Assembly (NCBI GenBank): GCA_040954595.2
Contig: CM082589.2
Location: 4,168,213 to 4,232,212, forward strand
Source of the DNA: Balanoglossus misakiensis
Lineage: Eukaryota; Animalia; Hemichordata
Direction: 5' to 3'
DNA: 64,000 bases
A program made the translations under genes and the position numbers. Below, in pieces: positions 1-12,268 of the stretch; the first letter of the stretch is position 1; each line of letters starts with the position of its first letter. Under the pieces are notes generated by a model, which worked only from the letters and a program-made list of their open reading frames with translations, was not told where the DNA came from and did no database searches.

Positions 1-504
1 AGTCCGTATACGACGTGATAATTGGGCAATATTTCTTCATTTATCAACCAGGAAACGCGCTGGGCGTCTCTCTTAGTGGAGTTAAACGCCGACTGAATTG
101 CCTCGCGAGCGCCGAGAGAGTTTGCACTTGTGACAGAGAGGTGCCTGGCACTTGAAACTGTCTGTTTTCGTTGGAACTAATGTGCTTGACCTCAGCGGAG
201 AGTGTTCTTGGATGTTTCTCCATTGTTTCTGCGCATGCTGAGACTGCCACGAGCAATATAATTCACTCTCATCATTTCGTGCTGCGTGTATGCTGCTGTG
301 TAATATGATTCCAGTTGGGGAAAGTATGGCGTCGGCGTCTTTGTTCTTTTCAAAATAAGGGACAAAACTCAGCGACTTATTTTCTTATTCCTTCGTTCGT
401 TTTATCCCATCAAGTATTCGCCCTTACTTATTATCTGTGTACCACGACATAACAATTGTTCAGTAGCAGCGTATAACAATACTTATTCCGTATGACTTTT
501 AATC

Positions 505-957
505 ATGTCAATTAACGGATACGCAATGAACTACACGGGAGAAATGGCCATATGCGAAAATTTGACATTCGCGCAGAATCTCACCGACTACAACATCTCG
601 CAGATATGTTCCGGGAATGTATCCCTCGACTACGAATCGGAATACGATTGGGATTACGTCCACAACGTGGAGATGCCCAAACTCCTGGCCGAGTTCACTT
701 TCCCCAAGACGCACGAATGGGCACTTATCGCTGCCTACGTCATCGTCTTCATTCTGGCGCTGGCCGGGAACATCCTGGTAATCGTGGCCGTGCTGAGGAA
801 CCCGCAGATGCGCACCGTCACCAATTATTATATCATAAATCTCTCCGTGGCGGATATCCTCGTCTCCATTATATGTATGCCCGTCACGGTCGTCATGGAT
901 ACAACGGAGACGTGGTACTTTGGCTACGTGGCTTGCAAAGTCATACCATACTTTCAG
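505..957 (+). CDS. HCRTR: Receptor A coding exon 1 (N-terminus to TM3)
   Basis: ATG at 505; ends TTTCAG|GTAAGA; 151 codons. Confidence 0.9.
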
Positions 958-3900
958 GTAAGAATTTTTGTCTCCCACGCGATTGGTACAACCTTTGGAT
1001 AAACTGAATATTTTACATGTGGACAAATCTCAGTATATTTGTAACCTAGTCGTAAATAATAAAACAGATGTTTTGGGATAGTTTGGGGATTTGTCGACTT
1101 TTCCACACCATTTTTCAACAATACCCACCTATTGAAAATAGTTCAATACGAAATCGTGGTATTGCTCTTTGATATTTCAAGTTGTCATATTGGGATTTAA
1201 GCATTAACCAATTGAATAGGTTTGTTACCGGTCTAACCTGACATCACTTACTTCAAAGTCGTTGACAAAGAATATTGTAAATGTATATGCACAAAATCCC
1301 TTAAAGTCGAGGAAAGAGAAAGCAGATAAAATTGACAGCAAACTTAGTACAGCCCAACTAGTCTGTCTTACATTCTTTATGAATACCAATGGCATGTTGC
1401 AGAAAACCCATTTTGGTTGAAGCGGGGTATATTCATGCCGGCATTTTCTGTTTTGTCTATTCCGTATGTTTGTCCTGCTTTAATGTGTCCTTTGCCCGCG
1501 CTGGCGACAATAGAACCAGTCGTGTTGGGAATTTTGGTCGTAATCGGTTTAGACAAGTCAACCATATGTCATTCCAAAGGTTTCGATTCAGAGAGAATTT
1601 ACTGACAGAGGCAAACTGATTGACAGCAGGGCAGAGACGGCGTGTCCATGAAATGCTGAGATAAGTTGTAACGGCGTCCTTTTGCGGGCACTCAACCGCC
1701 ATGACTAATTTAATCATAGAAACTATTGTTTGTGTGTTGAGGGATAACAAGGACTCATTTTAGTTGCAAATGCAGCTCATATCGAGTAATCTGTTGTTGA
1801 AAGACATGGCCTTGTGCAGCTCTCATCTCTGTACAATCCCATTACCACTGTCAATAGTTTTCCACCTCTTGAAACTATCTGTAAGGGGAGGGGAAGATGA
1901 ATTAATTAACAAAAATCAGCTAGCTCTTCACCTTCAGATCGAAAGAGATTAGACCGGTAGCAGATTGCAACTTAACCCCCTAAGCATCCTACGAATAAAA
2001 CTCAGAACAGCGGCAGTCCAACTATAAGGGCGCCCCAGTTAGTCCAAGGGCATGCGGGGCTAGGCATATTACTGATGTGTTTTTATATATAATGAAATGT
2101 AGGAGGCTGTTGATTAAAAACATTGTACTAGTTCTCGGAAAGCAGTGCACGCCCGAAGTCAATATCGAGTTAACCTGCTGATGACGGAAGTATACCGGCA
2201 GTGACCGAAAATTCCATAAAAACTGAAGCTTTATCAACTATTCACGAATTACATATATTACATGACTTGTCATAGCAATGGGCGACTGATGAAAGCCAAA
2301 AATCATCGGTCACGTTGGCGCCAACGTTTACTAACTTGAAAATCTCAAACGAGAACATTTGAACGTGTTGACGTGCATGTATATGTATGCGCTACAGAAA
2401 TGAAGCGATTGGCTAAAGTAAAATATAGGTGAATGCACCTTTTACACATTCGCTTTTGATTAGGTCTACTCACTTAGTCGCCTTATATCGTTGCATACGA
2501 CGTTATTAATTTACAATAAAATGTCTCTTTCTCTCTTGTTATCGTCGCATTCGCTTCTTAAACTAGTAATCCTATATTGTGGTAGATTGGATGCTCTCAA
2601 CTGTAAACTATCGATTTAAATGAGTTTGCAACTTCGGCAGGTCTCTGTTCGCCTATTCGTTTAAGTAATCAGAACATATAATAGTAAATTTACGGATCAA
2701 TCAATATTGAAGGTAGGGTAACGGTTATTTCGCCACCTGCAGCTGAGAGAAGTGTGATATCATTGTAACTAATTTCCGACTCGGAAGAAACTATTATAAA
2801 TAGCGGATAATTCGGAAATATATGTCTTAGTCAGTTTTGATTGCAAGAGAAAGACGGACATAAAAGTACTTAGACACCATCACATGTTTTAATTTAAATA
2901 TTATTAACAGTTTGGCTAGAAAAGCAACCGTCCGTGTCGGTTCGGAAAGGCCGCCTTATTTTACGCTGGAAATGCCCCACGACCGCCACATACATGTTTT
3001 ATACATATTAACTACATCAACTTAAGCTAAAGGCGGAAATCAGAAGAAACCTTAATATAAAAACAAAGTGGGATTAAATGCCAGACGTGACCACCCATCT
3101 TTTGTTTTGCTCCGCCGACTTTAAATACTTAATCCGAAGAGGAAATTATTCCCCCCGCACGACGCATTTCTCCTTACTATTCTTGGGTCAGTTGATATCA
3201 CCAATCAGATGAACTTAAAAAAGTGTGAAATTGCTTATTTGGAATAGCAATAGTTAGTTAATGTACGTGTTATTACATAATAGACGTTTCACCAGTTTCT
3301 GCCACTGAAATGGTTATGTAACAACATAACAGAGCTTTTCTGCATGTACATTGACTACATCCACGCCTTTATTTTCTACTGTGAGTTGGTGTACGGATTT
3401 GAAACTAAAAATCGAAGTTGCTATGTCACCACTGACGCGCATGTGATTTTAAACACCAAGGCCAATAATGTCCACCAGTCGATTTTTGCACTATACCACA
3501 ATTTCGTCACTCCAGCAGACGTTTTATTGAAAGGTTGTTTCATTGTGTACGTTTTCCGACAGGTTGTATCCATGAGCGTATCTGTGTTCACGCTGAGTGC
3601 CATCGCCATTGACAGATACTTCGCCATCTGCCATCCCCTCTTGTTCAAGACCACATCCAAGCGAGCACTGTCAATCATCCTGTTGATCTGGACAGTATCC
3701 TTTCTCATACCGGTGCCACAAGCTGTGGTGTATCAGACAGAGAGACCATTGGAAAAGTTCATTTACTTGACGAAGTGTTATGAGGTAAGAAAATGGTAAT
3801 AATATTTTCCTATTGCTGACATTGAGCAAATCGGAATATAAGCAAACTAACCACAGTGCCATCTGATTCGATCGTATTGAAACAGATATTCTTTTAAGTT

Positions 3901-5080
3901 TCATTTTTATTCAGTATCCGCATTTAATTACACAATACCCGAATACGTCTTGATTGTATTTCAGAAATTATGGCAAGGTACAGTGCAGCAGAAAATATAC
4001 CATATCATACTGGTTTGTGTTGGCTACGTCATTCCTCTCTCCATGGTAACAGTGGCTTATACCCTGGTGTGCAAACAACTGTGGTCCTCGATTCCGGGCG
4101 CCATGCAGTCCAAGAACGACCGAAAATCGGAGAAGCAGGGAAACAGTGCCATGAACCCGTCGGCAGAGAACCAGCTTATGGCTCGAAGAAGAGTTGCAAA
4201 GATGCTGATCGTCGTGGTCATCATATTTGCCATATGTTATTTACCATTGCATGTTTTGAACATACTGAGGTAGGTCTGTGGTTACCCTATACCAAAAAGC
4301 AAAATTCTCTCCCAAACATGCGAAACTCTATTACACATGTACGCAAATGTACGTACGTACGAAGATAATCCCATCGCAATTTCAGTGCATTTTACTCGAT
4401 TTGTCGAGATGAGAAATATACTTATTCATCCTGTCCAGTCCGTCGTTAACTTACTTGGACACAATCATTCTGACGGTTCCAGGGCATTAAGTCAGTGGAA
4501 TTCGGTTATAGAGTTGCTCAATTACAACCAGATTGTTCTATAGTTGAAATCTTTTCTCATGGCAACGTGTTAATGTCACCTACACACTGAACCTTACTGA
4601 AGCTTTACTTTGTTTCAGGCAATTTCCATCCGTCTTCATGCAGTTCGAGCATGACTTGTCTCAGCGCGATGTATTCCACGTGCCCTTCTTCGTGGCCCAT
4701 TGGTTGGCGTACGCCAACAGTGCCACCAACCCGATAATCTACAACTTTCTAAGCGGTGGGTATAACTATTCGATGCCAATCACAATTAAAATAACACGTT
4801 ACTCGTTACATACATACATACACTATCACAAAGTCATAAATATGTGATTATGATTATATTTTTGTTATTCACAGTTAAGTTTCGCAGGGAGTTCCGTGCG
4901 GCATTTCAGCAGTGCTGTGGTTGCTGTAAACCCAGACGACAAGTTCGAAGACGTCGCCCGGGCTATCGCACCTCGCTGTTCAACAGCAGCACGCACTCCA
5001 AGACGTACAACATGTACACCACAACTGAGCACGTCTCCATGTCCGTCATGAGACATTCCAGCGACAAAGTCCGCATGTAG
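505..5080 (+). CDS. HCRTR: Orexin/allatotropin receptor-family GPCR, paralog A; join(505..957,3563..3784,3965..4269,4619..4755,4875..5080), 440 aa
   Basis: The spliced translation has the orexin-receptor signatures PKTHEWALIAAY, MRTVTNYYIINLSVADILV, WYFG..ACKVIPYFQ, DRYFAICHPLLFK, RRRVAKML, CYLPLHVLNILR and HWLAYANSATNPIIYNFLS. All four introns are GT..AG with compatible phases (0,0,2,1). Exon lengths sum to 1323 nt, a multiple of 3. The call is family-level; 1:1 orthology to HCRTR1 or HCRTR2 is not claimed. Confidence 0.93.
3563..3784 (+). CDS. HCRTR: Receptor A coding exon 2 (TM3 DRY to ECL2)
   Basis: ttttccgacAG|GTTGTATCC ... TATGAG|GTAAGA; 222 nt, the same length in all three paralogs. 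Confidence 0.92.
3965..4269 (+). CDS. HCRTR: Receptor A coding exon 3 (TM5, ICL3, TM6)
   Basis: tatttcAG|AAATTATGG ... CTGAG|GTAGGT, phase 2. Confidence 0.92.
4619..4755 (+). CDS. HCRTR: Receptor A coding exon 4 (ECL3, TM7 NPIIY)
   Basis: ttgtttcAG|GCAATTT ... AGCG|GTGGGT, phase 1. Confidence 0.9.
4875..5080 (+). CDS. HCRTR: Receptor A coding exon 5 (helix 8, C-tail)
   Basis: ttattcacAG|TTAAGTTT; KFRREFRAAFQQCCGCC ... stop TAG ending 5080. Confidence 0.9.
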
Positions 5081-8000
5081 CCGAGCATAACGTCTGACTG
5101 GAGTCATCGGGACTTACACGTCACCCTGGCCTGTCTTGTGGATGGAACGTTAGTAAACACGATCACACATTCGCTGGTGTTAAGCAACTGTCGATGATGT
5201 GCCCATCGGGATGCAAAGTAAGCATAGACCCCAGTTAAGGAGCGAACTGGGGCATTTTATCTTACCTTGCACGTAATATGTAATTGTGCTCATGACAACA
5301 ACGTGGGAGCAATAAGACGGTACCTGGATGCTAGAAATGACGCGACATTACCAATCAACAAGTCCATGTCAGTGATGAATGTTACAGCTATGCTGAATAC
5401 CTGAACAGATAAGTGATTATGTACAAATCATCCATTAGATAACGACTAATAATTATCGCACTTAAAACTACCTGTTTATAGGGAATGTCTCAGTAATGTG
5501 TACAAACAGCTGTAAGCTACATAGACGTCTGCATGTCTAGCTTTGGATCATATCAGTGTCCGAGGACACAGCATGGTCAGATTACTATCGGCGTGAAAAT
5601 GACTTTAAGATTTCACTTACACAATACTGCACGTAGTGTTTATCCCAAAGCCCAAATAAGTCGCTTTGGACGCACGTCATCGTTTCTGTTGAACACTTCA
5701 AGCGGAAACATATTTCTTCACGGAACAATTTCCTGCCGTTATGATTAATATTTACCAAAACTGTCCAAGGGAATGTTGTAATTACCTCAGATATTAGCAT
5801 GATGGAAAGTTTCTCTGAATTTAATATAGTGTTTGGATTATCGCCTAATTGGGGTTACAGGTATTGGGAGACCCCCACGCGCACATAATTGTGCATTTAC
5901 GCTCTGTGAGTGTATGGGAAATGACATGTAATGAAAATGTATGATTTAACACTTGGGGTCCTAAGTAATGGGTTTGAGAAAAGAAGGGCGAGGCGCGTAA
6001 TAAAGTACTTACGCGCAGACGATGTTGAGATCCAAAACGCCTTGAGGAGTGTGAATTTCACCGACTGTCCCATTTGCAGACGGACTGTTCCAACAATAAC
6101 GACACGAACCCTGTTTAGTCATCTGTATGTGTAACATGCTCACAGAACGCGGACGGAGACATAGCCTCCGGCACTCGGCCTTTATTCTTGTACAGTGCGC
6201 GGAAGCGTTCTGCTGTTAACCATTCACGGCACTCGTTTGAACACCCAGACGGGGGGAAGTTGACATCCTGCCGTAAGATATCACACCGCAATCCCTTGTC
6301 TCTGTGATTCGGACGAACCCTAGGGGGGGGGGGACGCAGATTCTTTTCCAATCAATTAGCCCATGAGCACATCAGAACGTGTCACCTCCTTCATACTAAA
6401 TTCAATAAGTGGTATCTTGTCAACTGTGGCAAATATTGTTTTTCTATTCTTCATGCCAGACCAGTCGTCTCCGTTTCGCGTGTACCGTGAATGTATTTGC
6501 TTTCATTCGACGTGGTGTGTTTATACTGACAGTGCCCCCAGAATAATTGAACGACTGTAAATACGACTTTCAATTTCAGAAATGTAAGATAGTGGATTTG
6601 GTATTTAGCAAACGCGTACTTTACATTAATGACCGACGCCAGCCGTTTTATCTTTCTCGTGAGAAGTAGGGTTGATATTTTGAGTGTTCACATGTTGATG
6701 CGTGAAACCGTTTTCTCTTTTCGCATGGTACAATCAACGGCAGTAATATGTACATTTAGATGGCTCTTTCATCTACCATATATAGAGCATTATTTGACAG
6801 AACGTGGAAATTTATGTACAGTGGTTTGACCAGATGTGGGATTTGAAATAGCTGTACAGCAAATTAATAAACATTAATTCTTAATCTTCATGTTTGGTCA
6901 TTGTGGTTAATATCCAACATACATATATGTACATGTATGAGGTATGGAACTGGTGTGACCATACATTTCGCAACTAAAAGAACGACATAGTTGAGCAAGG
7001 GGGCAGATTACTTCGAGACCAATATAAAGTAATATCCGCTCCAACGAAATAAATCTTACTCTTCATTAAGATTCCAGTGATAACGTTCTGGTCATTCGGT
7101 ATTGAATGGCGTTTGAGATCCAGGGTAGAAAACACATTCTTCACTGAACTAACCTTTCAGAAGCAATGAGCATGTATACTAGTCCGTTAACACCACTTGA
7201 TTAAAGGAAGTCCCATCGGATTTCTCCGTAATTGAACTTAAACTTGGAAGATTGGCCGTTTCCCGTGTGCGCGTCACTTGTCTGAGATGCATGTCAACGT
7301 CAATGGTAAATGTATACCTTAGTTGGAGTCCAGTTTAACGACAAGTGCGTATTTTTCCACACTTCATGGATATCGTCAGTGACAGGATGTTTCCTACACC
7401 AATTACACGGCGTATTTTTTGTGCATATTCAACATATCGCGTATCACAAAGCCATTTAACTTTTTCATTTAACACAAGCCATGAAAATGCACACAACGTC
7501 GTGATTTAAATCAACATATACGCGTTTCCTGTGACATTTCACCAGGAAATGTACTATAACGTAGGAAATCCAAAGTAATGAGATTTTTTATTAACACTTC
7601 ATCAAGTGCTTTGTTAAAAATATGCCATATCCGCCCGCTTCTATTTTACACCTAGAATAGTTCAACTTCTCAAAGGGCAGGTTTTCTTTGCTGGAAATAC
7701 ATAGTTAAAATGATATCAATTTACATAATAAAATGGCGTCAAGATATGCCGGTTTTTACTGACATAGTGCACGATTTGCATTACCCATAAGTCCAAGCGC
7801 GAGGGAAACACTCCGTCAACCAAACTTTTCAACATCCATGCAAGTATATACATAGACACATAAGAGACAAAAGTCCTAACGTTGCAGTAATCAATACCGT
7901 ACACGCAAACCACGTGATCTTTTTTAAAGAACTAGTGAATTTTGAATTTCGATAACTGACAAAGCAATACGTACACAAACATAACTTGTTTTGATATATC

Positions 8001-8482
8001 CGTGATAGACAGGAATTATTCTATCATTCAATGGCTATCTTATGAAAAGAGGGAAATGACTTCCTCGAATTGAGAGTCGACTCTGGCATTTCGTCAAAAG
8101 CATCTCTTCCGCCTCGATAAATCACAATAAAGGACATTACGAAACGCAATCGCATTTGTAATTGAATCTCGCGTCGCGAATGTGATTTTGCGACAAAAAC
8201 GAATTACATCATAGCCACACTCGTGACGAAATAAGCTCAATTGTGTCCCTGAAGTGGATTGGGAATTTGAATAATTGAGTGTTATTTCAAATTCCGTGAA
8301 AGAAATGAGAATATACGATGAATCAGATACCCAAGTACTAGTGTTTTAAAGCCCTTACACATAGAGTAATTCACTCAATTTTCACTAAAGTTGGACCAGG
8401 TAGGTTTCATCTTCGCTTGTTAAGTAGAAATTCTTTTAAGTTTATGCAGTGTATTATAGTTACATGTAGTTGAATAGTATTA

Positions 8483-8691
8483 CTAGTTGGGTATGCTGGA
8501 ATTTCTCAAAGTTGACATCGTGATGTGTTTGGTGTGGTTGCCGTTGGTCTTCGTCGTTGAGTTGATGCTGCTACTGCTTAGAACCGAGCCGCGATACACC
8601 GTTCTTCGCCTCTTAATCAATTCCCTCCTCGAGTAATCCCGACAGAATCTACAGCATATGAAGGCCGCCACGAACTCGCGTCGAAATTTTG
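8483..8691 (-). CDS. HCRTR: Receptor B coding exon 5
   Basis: tctccacAG|CAAAATTTCGA; KFRREFVAAFICC ... stop at 8483. Confidence 0.9.
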
Positions 8692-11600
8692 CTGTGGAGA
8701 GTAACAGAGATGACTATTGGTCAGTAAACCATGGAGGTATTTTGATGGAACGCCTTAGCCATAAAATGACAAAATTGAAATATCTATACATGTATATATG
8801 CAATATCACGACTCGGGCAACTCGTTCAAAGTGGTTCGTGAAATCAACCTAAGTGACGGTTTCTGGAGGCGTGTATACTCACCACTCAGGAAATTGTATA
8901 TAATTGGATTGGTGGCGCTGTTCGCGAAGGCCAGCCAATGGGCGACCAAGTAAGGGACGTGGAACAAATGTCGATTGTCGTGTCCCATGTCGATGAAAAC
9001 CTCAAAGTGTCTGCAAAACATGAACATGACGATAATGCTGATGATGATATATTTTAAACATGGTTTGAATAGGTCTATAAAATGTTCTCGCATTCTCTCC
9101 GATAAATAATGCTTTATTTTCACAGTCCTGTGTCGGTTTGGAAATATCAGATTTTAGTGCGCCGTAAACGCGGTATTTAAGTACAAAAAACGCACACGTA
9201 AATATTTCTGGGAAGTCCCTAGCGGGTATTTATTTGTCCGGAAGCGGATGCATCAATCTGACACGTGCATTGTGCGTGGGTACACTTATCAGTTTCTCAA
9301 TCGCGTGTAATTGTCACACCTTTACTTCAATAGAAGGTGGCAGACAATTTATGATTCAAATTTCCTTGAAACAGAAAACAAGTGTTGGTCAGAATGTTTA
9401 TTGCTGAAATTTCTCACCTCAAAACATTCAACACATGAAGCGGAAGATAACACACTGTAAATATCACGGCAACACTTATGAGCATCTTCGCAGCCTTGCG
9501 CCTGGTCTGCAACTGCGACTGCGCAGATTTGTGTAGGCCGCCATGTTTGTTCATCGCGTTCTTCTCGGTGTCGGATTCGGATGAACCGGGAATCGTCGCC
9601 CAAAGTTGACGACAGACACAGGCGTAGGACACGCTGATCAGAGCCAGAGGCAGTATGTATATGACGAGAACAAGCAGAATGTGGTAGACTTTCTGTAAGA
9701 CAGACTGGTGCCACTTTTTCTGAAATAGATCGTGGACAGAACGTATCAATCATTGTTGGTGGATCAAGTTTATAAGGGACGTGGTAAGTCGCTTTTAGAC
9801 AACCTGAATAACTCTACATTAAACACTTTGCACCAAAGGTTACAGCATAACTTTAAATCATGTCAAATAAACCACATTTTAAGAATATGAACCCCCAAGA
9901 CAGTATTAGTTGTTCGAATTCTGCGGGATGATTCCACTACAGACACGCAGGCCAATTTCCATTGACTCATTCATATAGCAGGACAAATCGTGTTTAGCTG
10001 GACATTATTCAATAGCTGTCATTCACCGTCAATTAGACAACGCTACAAGTATTTCCACTCTGCGCCACAAGCATCGAGGTTGTTTTATTGCTTCTTACCT
10101 CATAGCAGCTTGTCAAATACACAAGGGACGCCATCGGCGACTCGGATTCATAGACGATGCTCAGCGGAATCGGAATCAGAAATGACGCAAACCATATTGC
10201 CAGAATCCCAGTGAAGGCTCGCTTCGCTGTCATTCTGAATGTCAAGGGTTTACAGATAGCGAAGTATCTGTCTACAGCAATGGCGCCCAGGGTGAACACG
10301 GACACGCTCATCGAAACGACCTATGAATTAAAACAAGAAGAAAGAGAGGGTGGTTGATATTAATCTTCAATTGCAGAGGCATACGGTACCGGGTTTTATT
10401 TGATGGTGCTAATTACGCTAGTCCATTTTAAAGTTGATGACAACCACATTTTTTATTTCAGTTATAATAACCGAATATAGCTACCTCGCGGTGATCGTTT
10501 GTCAGTTATTACTAATAACTGAAATTTAAATTACACGTCGATATAATTTGCAAATCATCAGTTGTCATCAACTTTAAAACCACATTCAAATTAACACCGC
10601 TAAATCACGATTATCTTGGTATTTTTTCTTGTCATGGAATTCTATTAAGTGCAATGGACTTTCACATCGACACACTTTTAGGATCACTCGTTTCTTTACC
10701 TATGTCGTAATACAGAGGATTTTGGCCAGATCGGGAGGTGAAAGGAGATTTCATTACGGGAAAATGTACACACTCAAATGTAATCGACTGATTTTTTTCT
10801 CCGAGGTGTCCCCGCTGCGCAGTTCATTAGCGACGTGATTGAAAAGTTTGAACGATATCTATCACATTTTTATAGTCAGTGATACATCAAGATGCGATTA
10901 CTTTCAGGCCCATTGGGTCGACCACTTTGCCAGATGGAGCATCAGTCGATGGGTTAAGTACGCATATAAACATGGCGACTTGCATTCTCAGAGCAAACAG
11001 CTGACTGGCGGGAAAAGGGAGCGGGTGACGTCACAACTGCAGCCGATGCATCCTCGCAGGAAATTAGTGTAATAGACTGTGTACAGCTCTGACAGGTAAT
11101 AAGGTTTTTTGAGAGAGCAAGATGCCGTTGTACTTCTTTAAAACTCGGTGCTGGCGCCGAACGCTTGATGGTACTTCTTGCAAATTTAGACACATTCTCT
11201 CCTGCGGAACCCGAGAAACAATTTGCGCTGAATGCTGTTTCCGATCTAGATCTAGATTAATTCGAAAAATAAATGGAGACGGTTTCACTGCGTACTGGTT
11301 TATGAGTTCGTTTATTGATCACGTAGTTAACGAATCGAGTAAATGAATAGTTTTTCGCAATATTAAAACAACTCTTTATATCACAAATCTTTCTGACTGC
11401 TTCGCTGATATAAATCGCTCAGTAAACACGACAGTAAGTAATGTATTGGTCGACTCCCACGGGCAAGGGACTTGCACTTTTCCTACATCAGGTCTATAGG
11501 GTTATCAAGTACTGTCAGTTGTTACATTTACATGTCAGAAGTTTTCTTCATTCCTGATTTTGACTTACATGTATATGAAAATTAAATATGGACATTATTG

Positions 11601-12268
11601 TCCTGTCCAAAACGAAATGTATACCACACCGTTGGTCATCCGTTCGGTAAGATCTGATTTTCACGCCGACAAAATTATAATATGCCGGGTAATTCAAAGA
11701 TGCTAGAGCAACTCGTCTAATCCTAATTTTTTTTAGAAATATAACTTCGTTTTATTTCAACAGCTTTTGCCTGTAAAATAAACATTCTACCTACCTGTAA
11801 ATATGGGATTAATTTACAGGCCATTGGTCCAAAGAACCATGTTTCTGTAGTGTCCAGGACAACAGTCACTGGCAAACAGATCAGCGACACCAGTATATCG
11901 GCTACAGCCAGGTTAACTATGTAAAAGTTGGTGACTGTTCGCATCTGGCGGTTTTTGAAAACGGCGAAGCAGACAAGAAGATTTCCAACGACGGCAAGTA
12001 TGAAGACAGCTACATAGGCGGCAATCAAAATCCACTCGTGGGTCTTTGGGAAAACGAACGCGGCCATTTTCTTCGGCAGGACAACGCGGTAGTAGTAGTC
12101 CCAGTCATAGTCGCAGTCGGTGTAGTAGTAAGCATGGGTGTCGTCACATAGGTGGGGAAATGTTCCGTTGGATAGGCCAGGTACATACAAGGTGCCGTTC
12201 GTTTGGTCGGTGATGTTTCGTCTTTCATCGGAGCCGTCCAAGGTAGCCATGCTGAACGTTCCCGGCAT
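8483..12268 (-). CDS. HCRTR: Orexin/allatotropin receptor-family GPCR, paralog B; complement(join(8483..8691,8883..9010,9418..9719,10099..10320,11795..12268)), 444 aa (438 aa if the ATG at 12250 is used)
   Basis: PKTHEWILIAAYVAVF, MRTVTNFYIVNLAVADILV, CKLIPYLQ, DRYFAICKPL, RRKAAKML and HWLAFANSATNPIIYNFLS are present. Intron positions and phases match paralog A, all introns are GT..AG, and the exon sum is 1335 nt. Confidence 0.93.
8883..9010 (-). CDS. HCRTR: Receptor B coding exon 4
   Basis: ttttgcAG|ACACTTT ... AGTG|GTGAGT. Confidence 0.9.
9418..9719 (-). CDS. HCRTR: Receptor B coding exon 3
   Basis: tatttcAG|AAAAAGTGG ... TTGAG|GTGAGA. Confidence 0.92.
10099..10320 (-). CDS. HCRTR: Receptor B coding exon 2
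   Basis: ttcatAG|GTCGTTTCG ... TATGAG|GTAAGA; 222 nt. Confidence 0.92.
11795..12268 (-). CDS. HCRTR: Receptor B coding exon 1
   Basis: ATG at 12268 or 12250; ends TTACAG|GTAGGT. Confidence 0.88.

Noticed and set aside
508-1026. Antisense and alternate-frame ORFs over receptor and transporter exons (508..1026, 552..1007, 35907..36185 and similar)
   Set aside because: Shadow ORFs of GC-rich coding exons with no recognisable protein features.
6115-6351. 78-aa minus-strand ORF between convergent receptors A and B
   Set aside because: It includes a poly-G-derived proline run and has no recognisable homology or splice context.
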